From: Promethearchaeota archaeon
Lineage (GTDB): Archaea > Asgardarchaeota > Lokiarchaeia > Sigyniarchaeales > SOKP01
Length of the DNA: 64,000 bases
Assembly (NCBI GenBank): GCA_019058245.1
Contig: JAHPZJ010000017.1
Span: forward strand, 11,134-75,133
Reading direction: 5' to 3'
Positions 50,194-59,557 of the stretch are shown here, one piece after another; the stretch's first letter is position 1, and every line of letters begins with the position of its first letter. A program made the translations under genes and the position numbers. The notes beneath the pieces are model-generated. The model was not told the origin of the DNA. It was given only the letters and a program-made list of their open reading frames with translations, and did no database searches.

Positions 50194-50630
50194 TTATAAA
50201 GTTTCAAATCTGGATCAAGTTGAATAATATATGTTTGATAATGCTCTGGATATTGATTTTCTATGATTTTTTTAAAAGCATCACCAGTACTACTAATACC
50301 AATTAGAAAAATATCTTTTATAGCTTGAATGACAGTATTCATCTCATTAACATTTGGTAAAATTATTCGAACTCCACATAAATCATTTATCTCCGCAATA
50401 GGATCTGTATATTTTACATCAGGACTAAATAATTTATTGGCAAAACTTGAAATTGTCTTTACCCTGTTTTGAATAATATGTTCTGAAGAACACCCTTGTA
50501 CTATGTTTTCAAGAATAGTATCTATAATCTTAGAGTACTCTTCATAGAGAGGGCGTAGTTCTTTATATCTGTTAATTTGTTCTTCATAAAACTTACGTTG
50601 TTCTATTTCCATAGTTACTTTTTCCCTCAA
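50130..50630 (-). CDS. RelA/SpoT-like nucleotidyltransferase domain, apparently truncated
   Basis: RVKTISSFANK and INDLCGVRII present; the downstream EIQxRT motif is absent. Confidence 0.65.
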   Translation of the reverse strand: MREKVTMEIEQRKFYEEQINRYKELRPLYEEYSKIIDTILENIVQGCSSEHIIQNRVKTISSFANKLFSPDVKYTDPIAEINDLCGVRIILPNVNEMNTVIQAIKDIFLIGISSTGDAFKKIIENQYPEHYQTYIIQLDPDLKLYNRLNLEMDIYREGSLQMENLK

Positions 50631-50705
50631 ATTTATTATTTCTGATTTATTTTCTTGAATTTCTTCTCTTAGGATTATTGATACAACCTATTATTTAAAA
50701 TTAAG

Positions 50706-50870
50706 TTAATGATATGTCATCTTCATTCCACAACATTCTGGAATTGGCTGGTATCCACATTCTTTGGAGCAACAACATAGTAAATATCCATCTTTTATCA
50801 TCATTGATTTATCGCAGCATTTAGGTACTTCTTTTTTCGAACCACAAATATTACAAATTAATTCTGGGAT
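50706..50870 (-). CDS. 54-aa Cys-rich tandem desulforedoxin/zinc-ribbon-like mini-protein (ATC start)
   Basis: (M)PELICNICGSKKEVPKCCDKSMMIKDGYLLCCCSKECGYQPIPECCGMKMTYH; GGTGG SD upstream. Confidence 0.75.
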   Translation of the reverse strand: MPELICNICGSKKEVPKCCDKSMMIKDGYLLCCCSKECGYQPIPECCGMKMTYH

Positions 50871-51183
50871 TTTTTTACCACCATCTTTTATACATTCAAA
50901 TTAATCAAGAAAAATAGAAAACAAAAAAGCTTCTTTAATATATTATAAATCTTTTCCAGATGATTGTTTAAAAAAATAAATTAAAACAAAAAATTAGCTT
51001 TGAAAATATTAAATTTGAGGATTATATTAATTTTTTCTATTATCTCTTGTTTAAATATCTTTAAAATTTAATATTAAAAAAAAATAAAAAAGGAAATTAT
51101 GAAAAATATTCTTTCAAATAATGTGATAATTTTAATTAACAAATACAAGAATTAAGAAGAAAAAGATAAAAATAAAAATTATA

Positions 51184-52764
51184 TTACCAAATAAGATTAC
51201 CAATAATGTTTTTAGCCATTTCAGCCTGTTTTTTATTCAATATCTTACGAATACGCAAATCATTAATTGCATCTTCAAGTCGATTGTCGAGATTTTTCAT
51301 TTCCATCAAATTATTTTTATCCCCTTGGGTTTCAACTAATTCAATCATTGCATTGTCTTTATTCATTAAGTCTCTTAATCTTTGTCTAAAGCTCGATTTA
51401 ATCTTAGTACTTACAATTTTTCCTTTGTCGATCAACACTGGTAATACGGGAGCTCTTTCAGTAGTTCGATTTGTATTAGGATCAACAAAATAAAATATGC
51501 ATATTGGAATTCCTACTATGATGTTCTTAGTCTTTAATTCAAGAGTATAATTATTTAAAAAATTCTGAACACTTGTCATTTCATTATCTACAATTGATGC
51601 GATATTATCTAAACAATTTTGCTTCTCATTTTTTATTCTCGCAATCACATCTTCAGCAGAACTTAAATCACTAGAAAGTTCACTATGTTTTGCTTCAATT
51701 TGCCTTTCTACCTCAGATTTTTTGCGTTCTAATTCTCTTATTTTTTGTTGTTTTGATTTTTCAAGATCACTAATTTCTTTTTGTACATTTCTCTTTAACT
51801 GATTAATTTCAGTTTGGTATCTAGAGATCGAATTTCCGAGATCTTGATACTTTAAATTGATGTCTTTTAAACCTTCTTCAACCAAAAATAGATCACGTTG
51901 ATTAATTGCATTTTTCATGCTATCGACACTCTGCTTGAGTCTACTGATATCATTGGTTAATTCCCCAGTTTTATCATTTATTTTATATTTACCAATCTTT
52001 ACGAGTTCTTCAGGAGTTCCCTCAATTTCACGTTCCATTTCTTGTTGTAATTCTTTATTGAGTATTGTGAGTTGTTTCTCTTCTTCACTTGTGTCTACAT
52101 TTGTATCTTTAATTTTATCAACCTCTTTACCTCCTTTTTCAATCCATTTATCGCATAGCTTTATAATGGCATCTCCATAAGTTTCAAGTAAATTAGCATC
52201 TTTTTGAGATACAAATTCTAAAATTTCTGGTACTATGTTTGTTTGATTCACACTTTTAACTATAGCTCCCCCTTCAAGAAGAAAATATGGCGTTGTATGA
52301 GCTCCTAAATCGTATTGATTTAGGAAAAAGTTTTGAAAATAACCAACCTCATTAGCATTAAATAATGCCTCTTGGATTACAGTTCCACGTTTGAAATTCT
52401 TCGTTTTTCTTAAATAGGTATTGTTATAAGATTGTAATGAATTTAAGAAAGAGCTGGGATCTGCTCCTTTTATGAGATTTTCTGGTCTTGGTGGCATTTG
52501 AACAAATTTCCCAACACTAAGTTTTTCTTGTTTATTCATAAGATAACTACAAACACAGGCTCTAGTATCACTCAGGGGAATTAATCGAACTGGCCAAAAA
52601 CCTGTCGAAATTTTTGCCAATCTCCCTAACTTTTGAAGTTTTTTGCCATATATACTAATACATTCAATCATACCCATTGCTAATTCATTTAATAAAGCAG
52701 CTTGACTTCGTGCAGGAGTAATTTCACCCATATTAATTAAATAAGGAATTACTTTATTAACCAT
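51184..52764 (-). CDS. Hypothetical protein with a long central coiled coil
   Basis: 526-aa ORF; heptad-rich region over roughly residues 220-400 between globular ends. Confidence 0.8.
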   Translation of the reverse strand: MVNKVIPYLINMGEITPARSQAALLNELAMGMIECISIYGKKLQKLGRLAKISTGFWPVRLIPLSDTRACVCSYLMNKQEKLSVGKFVQMPPRPENLIKGADPSSFLNSLQSYNNTYLRKTKNFKRGTVIQEALFNANEVGYFQNFFLNQYDLGAHTTPYFLLEGGAIVKSVNQTNIVPEILEFVSQKDANLLETYGDAIIKLCDKWIEKGGKEVDKIKDTNVDTSEEEKQLTILNKELQQEMEREIEGTPEELVKIGKYKINDKTGELTNDISRLKQSVDSMKNAINQRDLFLVEEGLKDINLKYQDLGNSISRYQTEINQLKRNVQKEISDLEKSKQQKIRELERKKSEVERQIEAKHSELSSDLSSAEDVIARIKNEKQNCLDNIASIVDNEMTSVQNFLNNYTLELKTKNIIVGIPICIFYFVDPNTNRTTERAPVLPVLIDKGKIVSTKIKSSFRQRLRDLMNKDNAMIELVETQGDKNNLMEMKNLDNRLEDAINDLRIRKILNKKQAEMAKNIIGNLIW

Positions 52765-52951
52765 AAAATTTCACTTAAACTTTCTATATTATTTTTTAAT
52801 ATCAATAGAATAATTAAAGTTTTGGTTTTAAATCTATACAATTAGAAAAATAAAGAAAAAAAAGGAAGAATTTTATTGAAGATTTTATCGTATAATCTCC
52901 TCCCAAAGTTTTTGGATTAAAATCATTAGAACACAATTAGGTTTGTAGCTT

Positions 52952-53578
52952 CTAAGTTTTTGCAGCAAAAATATATCTTAGTTTATGAACATGTGCTCCA
53001 AGTTCACCATGTTTTTCTTTTTCTTCAATTATATCTGTATCAATTACACTAAATGCCTTAAAATGATCTAATAAATCTTTTTCTGTGAAGTAATGCGTTG
53101 GGCGGTAAGGTTTACTTTCAAAGGTATTTTCTTCTATCTTGGCGCCCTTTCCAAAACTCTCTTCTAACTCAGAAAAAACTGAGAAAAATACAAAACCATT
53201 ATCTTGAAGCTGGTTATAACATTTTGCTAAGAATATTGCTCGTTGATTTTCAACTAATAAATGAAGTACATTAAAGCAAAATATTGCATCATATTGCTCG
53301 TTGCTAAATGGCATATCTAATACAGAACCTAAGATCATTTTGGATTTTGAATCAAATTTTTTGGAGATCTTTATTGCTACTTCAGAAATTTCAATACCTG
53401 TTACTTCATAGTTGTTTGATGAAAAAAATTTAGTATGTCGTCCATAACCAGCACCAGGAATCAAAATTTTGTTGATATTATATTTTTTAAATAATTTAAG
53501 GGCATAAATTGCAGTTGTACTTGGCTTAGTTCCCCATATTTTTCCTTTATCCAAGAATCTACTATTCCAATATTCCAT
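52952..53578 (-). CDS. Class I SAM-dependent methyltransferase
   Basis: ILIPGAGYGRH, GIEIS and YDAIFCFNVLHLL. Confidence 0.88.
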   Translation of the reverse strand: MEYWNSRFLDKGKIWGTKPSTTAIYALKLFKKYNINKILIPGAGYGRHTKFFSSNNYEVTGIEISEVAIKISKKFDSKSKMILGSVLDMPFSNEQYDAIFCFNVLHLLVENQRAIFLAKCYNQLQDNGFVFFSVFSELEESFGKGAKIEENTFESKPYRPTHYFTEKDLLDHFKAFSVIDTDIIEEKEKHGELGAHVHKLRYIFAAKT

Positions 53579-53697
53579 AGGCGCTTAAGAGTAATTTGAC
53601 TAGAAGATAATATTATTCAGAAAAAAAATATATTAATAAATATTAAAATTTCTTTTTTATTGATTCAATGTTAGATTATTAGGAATGTCGTCAAAAA

Positions 53698-54822
53698 TTG
53701 CAAAATAAAGATAAATATATAAAAAGAATAGGTTTAATTGTAAATCCCATCGCAGGAATGGGAGGAAGCGTAGGACTTAAAGGAACAGATGGAAACATAT
53801 TTAGAAAAGCTGAAAAAATGGGTGCTATGCCTGTAACCCAGATTAGAGCAAATGAATTATTAGTGAATTTAAAAAATAAGGAAAGGATGACACTATTAGT
53901 GGCACCAGGTACAATGGGAGCTGAAATTGTTAGAAATCTTGGTATAAAATTTGAAATTATTGGCGAAATTGGTACTGAAACAACAGCTGCAGATACTAAA
54001 AGAATTGCGAAGCGAATGCTAGAAGAAAATATTGATCTTTTAATATTTTGTGGCGGAGATGGAACAGCACGGGACATTTTCGATTCAATTGGATTGGAAA
54101 AGCCTGTTGTTGCTCTACCTGCTGGAGTAAAAATGTTTAGTTCTGTTTTTGCTATAAATCCTAGAGCTGCGGCAGAGATAGTTGATAAATTTATCGAAGA
54201 AGCTATAGAAACCCAAGAAAAGGAGGTTCTTGATATTGATGAAGATCTAGTTCGTCAAGATATCTTACAAGCAAAATTATACGGATATTTGAAAGTACCA
54301 AAAATCTTAGGTTTAATACAAGCGGGAAAAGTCAGTTCTGGGATGGGGAGAACGATTGAAGAAAATAAACAAGAAATTGCTCAGTTCATAATCGAGAATA
54401 TGGAAAATGATATTTTATATTTACTTGGACCAGGTACTACGATAAAGACAATTACAGACAATCTTCAATTACCTAAAACTCTTCTTGGAATAGATGCTGT
54501 ATATAATAAAAAATCTATTGGATTAGATTTAAATGAGAAAAACATTCTTGAATTATTAAATCATTATAAAAAGGTAATAATCATTATTTCCCCCATTGGG
54601 GGTCAGGGTTTTCTTTTCGGACGTGGAAATAAGCAAATTACGCCTAAAATTCTAAAAATAATTGGAAAAGAGAATATTAGAGTCATATCAACTGTAGAGA
54701 AAATCAGACAGTTAGATTGTCTAAGAGTTGATACAGGAGATATTGAGATTGATAGGATGTTAATAGGTTTTACTAAAGTTATTACAGGCTATAAAGAAGA
54801 ACTTATAATTAAAGTAGAATAA
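53698..54822 (+). CDS. ATP-NAD kinase-like (AcoX/DAGK fold) family protein
   Basis: NPIAGMGG, GGDGTARD, PAGVKMFS and GGQGFLFGRGN. Confidence 0.85.
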   Translation: MQNKDKYIKRIGLIVNPIAGMGGSVGLKGTDGNIFRKAEKMGAMPVTQIRANELLVNLKNKERMTLLVAPGTMGAEIVRNLGIKFEIIGEIGTETTAADTKRIAKRMLEENIDLLIFCGGDGTARDIFDSIGLEKPVVALPAGVKMFSSVFAINPRAAAEIVDKFIEEAIETQEKEVLDIDEDLVRQDILQAKLYGYLKVPKILGLIQAGKVSSGMGRTIEENKQEIAQFIIENMENDILYLLGPGTTIKTITDNLQLPKTLLGIDAVYNKKSIGLDLNEKNILELLNHYKKVIIIISPIGGQGFLFGRGNKQITPKILKIIGKENIRVISTVEKIRQLDCLRVDTGDIEIDRMLIGFTKVITGYKEELIIKVE

Positions 54823-54867
54823 TTAATTTAAATTTAAAATTATTTAATTTTTTTTAGTGTCAGAATT

Positions 54868-55839
54868 ATGAAAATTCAATTAAATATGAATGAAATGTAT
54901 AAAAAGCCCCCTAGAGAAATTATCGATCCTGTAAAAGAAAGTATTGATCAAATCAATCGCTATACTCCACAAAAGGAAGTGGATACTTTAATTGAACAAA
55001 TCTCTTATTATACAGAGGTTCCTTTTGAATCAATAGTATTAAGTACAGGGTCAGATCTCTTAATCAAAGAATTTATATTCCTCTTTTCAAATAATAAACA
55101 AATAATAATATCAGACCCAACTTTCGTAGTTATCAATAATTCTGCTCAAAAAACAAACTCTCCTCTACTAAAAATTCGAATAACTGAGCCAGATTTTAAA
55201 ATTCCTTTAAATTCTTTTCTTAATGAATTAAGTAAACCATCATTAGTAGTATTTGATAATCCAAATAATCCGACAGGCAATTTGACTCTAAATGAAAAAG
55301 ATGTTAAAACAATTTTAGAAAATGAAAATGTAATTATGTTAATAGATGAAGCATATTATGAATTCTCAAAAGCCAGTTTTGCAAATTTGATTAACGATTA
55401 TCCTAATCTTGCAATACTAAGGACGTTAAGCAAATCATTTGGTTTAGCAGGTTCGGGAATTGGATATTTATTAGCTGGTGACTTGATACAGAAAAAATTT
55501 CAAGGATTAGAAATAATGCTTCCTTATCCAAGTGTTATTGCTGGAATAAACGCCTTGAAATATCAAAAATATATGATAGAATATATCGATGAACTTCAAA
55601 ATGAAAAAATAAGAATTAACAAACATCTCTCTAAGTTAGAGATAATTTGTTTTCCTAGTTACGCGAACTTTTTATTAGTCAAAACAAATATTCCCAATAT
55701 ATCACAAATCCTAGCAGAATCTGGAATTTTAGTTCATGATGTCTCCAATCAATTAAGTTCCGAGTTTTTTCGAGTTACCATAGGCTCTAAAAAAGAAAAT
55801 GATTTCTTTTTACAAACAATTGAAAAAATTATAGCTTAA
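54868..55839 (+). CDS. Histidinol-phosphate aminotransferase-like class I/II PLP enzyme
   Basis: NRY, NPNNPTG, DEAYYEF, LRTLSKSFGLAG and RVTIG. Confidence 0.82.
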   Translation: MKIQLNMNEMYKKPPREIIDPVKESIDQINRYTPQKEVDTLIEQISYYTEVPFESIVLSTGSDLLIKEFIFLFSNNKQIIISDPTFVVINNSAQKTNSPLLKIRITEPDFKIPLNSFLNELSKPSLVVFDNPNNPTGNLTLNEKDVKTILENENVIMLIDEAYYEFSKASFANLINDYPNLAILRTLSKSFGLAGSGIGYLLAGDLIQKKFQGLEIMLPYPSVIAGINALKYQKYMIEYIDELQNEKIRINKHLSKLEIICFPSYANFLLVKTNIPNISQILAESGILVHDVSNQLSSEFFRVTIGSKKENDFFLQTIEKIIA

Positions 55840-55943
55840 TTATTAAATAAACAAAATGCTATAATAATAGAAATGTAGTAATTCAATATTTATTATGGAT
55901 TTAATATCTATATAGATTAATAATTAAATTTGATGATTATAAA

Positions 55944-56765
55944 ATGGTTGATAAGATAAGAACAATATGTATTGTCGGAGCGGGATTTATGGGAAAACAA
56001 ATAATGAAAAGATCAGCTCTTCATAATTACGTAATTCGTGTTTTTGATATAAATCTGAAAGTAGTCGATGAATATATAAAAAAATTAACAAAAAACTTAG
56101 GGAAAGATGGAATATCGGCAGAAATTAGCCTTCATTCTAAGCTTTCAGAAGCAGTGCAAAATGTTGACCTAATAATTGAAGCTGTTCCGGAAAAACTTGA
56201 ATTAAAAAAGGATATTTTTTCGAGAGTAGATAAATTAGCACCACTTCATGCAATTTTAGCTACTAATAGTTCATCATTTCCAGTTTCAAAAATAGAAGAT
56301 GTTGTTGAGAGAAAAGATAAAATTATGAATATTCATTTTTACAGTCTTTCTAAGTATCCAATGGCAGATCTTATGAAAGGAACACAAACAAGTGATGAAA
56401 CTTTTGAGAAAGGTAAGAAATGGGTCGAAAGTATTAATATTACTCCTCTTATTGTTAAAAAAGAAAGTTTTGGTTTTGTTTTCAATAGAATATGGCGAGC
56501 TATTAAAAAAGAATGCTTAAAAATTTGGGCGGGAGGACATGCCGATGTTGAGACAATAGATCAATCATGGAAAATCTTCACCGGTATGGATATTGGTCCC
56601 TTTACTTTAATGGATAACATTGGTCTTGAGGTAGTTTATGATATTGAAATGTCATACTACCATGAAAGTGGAGACATTAATGATATTCCACCTGATCTTC
56701 TTAAGGAGATGATGGATAAAGGATTTTTAGGACGAAAAAGTGGAAAGGGATTTTATACATATTAA
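55944..56765 (+). CDS. 3-hydroxyacyl-CoA dehydrogenase family
   Basis: VGAGFMG, IEAVPE, ATNSSS, GFVFNR, GPF..MD.IGL and LGRKSGKGFY. Confidence 0.9.
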   Translation: MVDKIRTICIVGAGFMGKQIMKRSALHNYVIRVFDINLKVVDEYIKKLTKNLGKDGISAEISLHSKLSEAVQNVDLIIEAVPEKLELKKDIFSRVDKLAPLHAILATNSSSFPVSKIEDVVERKDKIMNIHFYSLSKYPMADLMKGTQTSDETFEKGKKWVESINITPLIVKKESFGFVFNRIWRAIKKECLKIWAGGHADVETIDQSWKIFTGMDIGPFTLMDNIGLEVVYDIEMSYYHESGDINDIPPDLLKEMMDKGFLGRKSGKGFYTY

Positions 56766-56847
56766 ATAAGGTAAATTTTTTTTAAATGTTTAATTTTAAA
56801 AAGTAATTATCCTTGCGTTCTATTCACACAAATGATAAAATAATCTT

Positions 56848-57564
56848 ATGTCCGATAATAATAAAAGAGAAGTTAACAGAATTAAAGAACTTGAAAGTAT
56901 TAATTTATCAAGAGAAGAAATTAGAGATTTTGTTATTGAAACCAAGAAAGAAGTAGAAAAGGATAATGATTTATTAGCAAAACAACTAAATGATGAACTT
57001 AAGAAAAGAGGGATCAGATCAATAGATATTGTTGGCGCCATTGGAGCAGGGAAAACAGCACTTCTAGAAAAAATCGCTGAAAGATTATCAAAAAAGTATA
57101 GAATCTTAGTAATTTGTGGAGATATCACAACTAGAGTAGACGCTGATAGAATTGAGAAACATGATGTTAAAACAATTCAAATTAATACTGGAAGGGAATG
57201 TGCATTAAATGCATATCATATTTATCAAGTTTTAAAGAATCAAGATTTAGACAACTATGATCTAATTTTTATAGAAAATGTTGGAAATCTAATTTGTCCA
57301 TCTGATTTCAAATTAGGTACAGATATGAGAATGACAGTAGTTTCGATTACTGAGGGAGAATGGGTTGTTGAAAAACATCCAATGCTCTTTAAGATGTCTG
57401 ATGTCGCTGTTATTAATAAAATCGATCTTTTAGAGAGATTAGGAACTAATATTGACAAAATGGAAAATGATGCTAAGAATTTCAACCCACATATAAAAGT
57501 AATAAAAACAAGTGCTAAAACTAATGAAAATGTTGATTTACTAATTAAAACTCTTGAATTATAA
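56848..57564 (+). CDS. hypB: Hydrogenase nickel incorporation GTPase HypB
   Basis: GAIGAGKT, INTGREC, IENVGNLICP, EG...KHP, NKID and SAKT. Confidence 0.88.
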   Translation: MSDNNKREVNRIKELESINLSREEIRDFVIETKKEVEKDNDLLAKQLNDELKKRGIRSIDIVGAIGAGKTALLEKIAERLSKKYRILVICGDITTRVDADRIEKHDVKTIQINTGRECALNAYHIYQVLKNQDLDNYDLIFIENVGNLICPSDFKLGTDMRMTVVSITEGEWVVEKHPMLFKMSDVAVINKIDLLERLGTNIDKMENDAKNFNPHIKVIKTSAKTNENVDLLIKTLEL

Positions 57565-57585
57565 AATTTATTAATGTGAGAAAAA

Positions 57586-58020
57586 ATGAAAAAAGATTTA
57601 GAAGAAATACAAAAGATTATTGGTAAGTTAGAGTTAAATTCCAAAACTCAAATTAAGGATTTATTAAATTATTTCTTGCAAACTCATCTTAATCGAAATA
57701 AAGTTGATAACTTTATTGGTGATTATCCCACCTTCATAGAACCTGTACATCTTGAAGATAATGTTAGAATTGGAGATGATGTACTATTAGGCCCGAATGT
57801 ATACATTGGTAAGGATTCTGAAATAAAAGATTATGTAGAAATATCGAATTCTATCATCTTTGATAATGTTTTTATCGGTAAAAATAATAAGTTAGGTAAT
57901 TGTATTATTGGAAAGAATACTTCATTGGTATGTGAAAATATTAATGTGAATAATTGCGTTATAGTTGGAAACATAAAAAGTAAAGAAGATCTTTATAAAA
58001 TCATATATAAATTTGAGTAA
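57586..58020 (+). CDS. Left-handed beta-helix (hexapeptide repeat) protein resembling the C-terminal domain of NDP-sugar pyrophosphorylases
   Basis: EPVHLEDNVRIGDDVLLGPNVYIG...ISNSIIFDNV hexapeptide pattern. Confidence 0.75.
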   Translation: MKKDLEEIQKIIGKLELNSKTQIKDLLNYFLQTHLNRNKVDNFIGDYPTFIEPVHLEDNVRIGDDVLLGPNVYIGKDSEIKDYVEISNSIIFDNVFIGKNNKLGNCIIGKNTSLVCENINVNNCVIVGNIKSKEDLYKIIYKFE

Positions 58021-58120
58021 ATCACATTATAGAATAATTTTTGATACCCCAATGCTTTTTCAAGATAATATTATAAATATTGATAATTTTTTTCAATTAG
58101 AAATTCATAATATTTATCCT

Positions 58121-58163
58121 GAAAGGTAAATTCAGAGTCTGATTTCAATGAAAATTTGGTGAA
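58121..58163 (+). repeat. 43-bp imperfect direct repeat, copy 1
   Basis: GAAAGGTAAATTCAGAGTCTGATTTCAATGAAAATTTGGTGAA; 38/43 identical to 59270-59312. Confidence 0.85.
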
Positions 58164-58227
58164 AAAGTAGTAAAGGTTTAAAAATCTAATTCTATAAATA
58201 TATTACAAATCCTGTAGTAAATAAAAT

Positions 58228-59247
58228 GTGAATGGTTATATGAGATTTAGTAGTCTATCAATGACAAGTACCACACATATAAGGTGCAAAGTTGGTGTAC
58301 TAGCTGCATTCCTTGCTCATCCAAGGTATGAGTCAAATGAAGACCTTATCCGTGAAGCAAAAACTTATGTTTTAGGTCATCATGCAAAATGGGCTTATGC
58401 ATTCCATCTACCTAAAGAGGAAGCATTCGAAGTACTATCTAGGTGCCTTCCAGAAATTACTAGAAGACAGCAATCAACAGGTATGTGGAGACGGAAAAAT
58501 GCTGATATATATACTTATGGGATTTTAAGAGCCTTGAAACATGCTGAACTTCTCGATCAAGATACCTTTCGTTATGACTTATACCAAGAATTTCGAGAGA
58601 AAACCGATCTTATCAGCACTCTTGTAAGGAGAAATATAATGAACAAATCTACTAATGTAGAAAATGTTGTTGCTGAATTATTTTCTACTCAAGGAAAAAA
58701 TGGTTCTTGGTTTAATAGTCTCTCTGCAACCTGTTTTCAGCTACAAACTTTGATAGAATTAGGTATTGATGCTAAGCATGAATCAATTTCCATGGCTATC
58801 AAATGGCTTTTTGAACAGTTTCATGAAAAATTTGAAGGAAGAGCGAGGACTTGGAGATTTGATTTTGAAAATATTTTTTTAGCAGATAACTATGCCGCTG
58901 AACAAGATGGTTTTCGACGGGTTGCTCCAGAACACGGCAAAATGGGTTGTATCAGTTCTTTACTATCTGGTATTGGTAGTTTTATTATCGGGAATCCTGC
59001 AATAACCACCGCTATAGCACTCTATACATTGACTAGGTTAGGATATGAGAATGATAAAAGAATATTAGATGGATATGAAAATCTATATAATATTCGAGGA
59101 TTTGGTGGGAGTAATGGAGATATTAATGAATTTGTTTGGTGTGTGGGAGTTTATAAACCAAATTCTGTACATTATGATCTACAAAGAACAGGCATTAATT
59201 ACGATGAATATCTGCAAATAGTGAAAGAAAGAAAAAATAATAAATGA
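58228..59247 (+). CDS. Hypothetical protein with prenyltransferase/terpene-cyclase-like alpha-alpha barrel repeats
   Basis: QxxxGxW motifs (QQSTGMW, QGKNGSW) followed by T..L..L.ELG...I..AI.WL. Confidence 0.65.
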   Translation: MNGYMRFSSLSMTSTTHIRCKVGVLAAFLAHPRYESNEDLIREAKTYVLGHHAKWAYAFHLPKEEAFEVLSRCLPEITRRQQSTGMWRRKNADIYTYGILRALKHAELLDQDTFRYDLYQEFREKTDLISTLVRRNIMNKSTNVENVVAELFSTQGKNGSWFNSLSATCFQLQTLIELGIDAKHESISMAIKWLFEQFHEKFEGRARTWRFDFENIFLADNYAAEQDGFRRVAPEHGKMGCISSLLSGIGSFIIGNPAITTAIALYTLTRLGYENDKRILDGYENLYNIRGFGGSNGDINEFVWCVGVYKPNSVHYDLQRTGINYDEYLQIVKERKNNK

Positions 59248-59269
59248 AAAATCCTTTGAAATTAGAATG

Positions 59270-59312
59270 GAAAGGTAAATTCACGATTTGATTTCAATGA
59301 AAATTTTGTGAA
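59270..59312 (+). repeat. 43-bp imperfect direct repeat, copy 2
   Basis: GAAAGGTAAATTCACGATTTGATTTCAATGAAAATTTTGTGAA; central TTTCA-A-TGAAA palindrome. Confidence 0.85.
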
Positions 59313-59557
59313 GACCAATTATCGATAAACAAATAAACTTGAAAGGGAGCTATTTATGTGAAGATCTCTTCAATTTGCTTTAGATTTACTACTTTTTTTT
59401 TTAGAGTTGAAGGTAGTTTTTTAATAATCTTCTCGTCAGCTTATAGAAAAAATACTTATCATCGTGAAACCCCTCTTTTACGATCTATTATATACATTTA
59501 GATATCATTTGCCTATTATCTATGAGATATTTTAATAAACTATTTAAGAGTAAAGAT

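Noticed and set aside
59320-59550. Short open frames on both strands after the second direct repeat
   Set aside because: Under 50 codons with no motif or convincing start; cannot be supported as genes.
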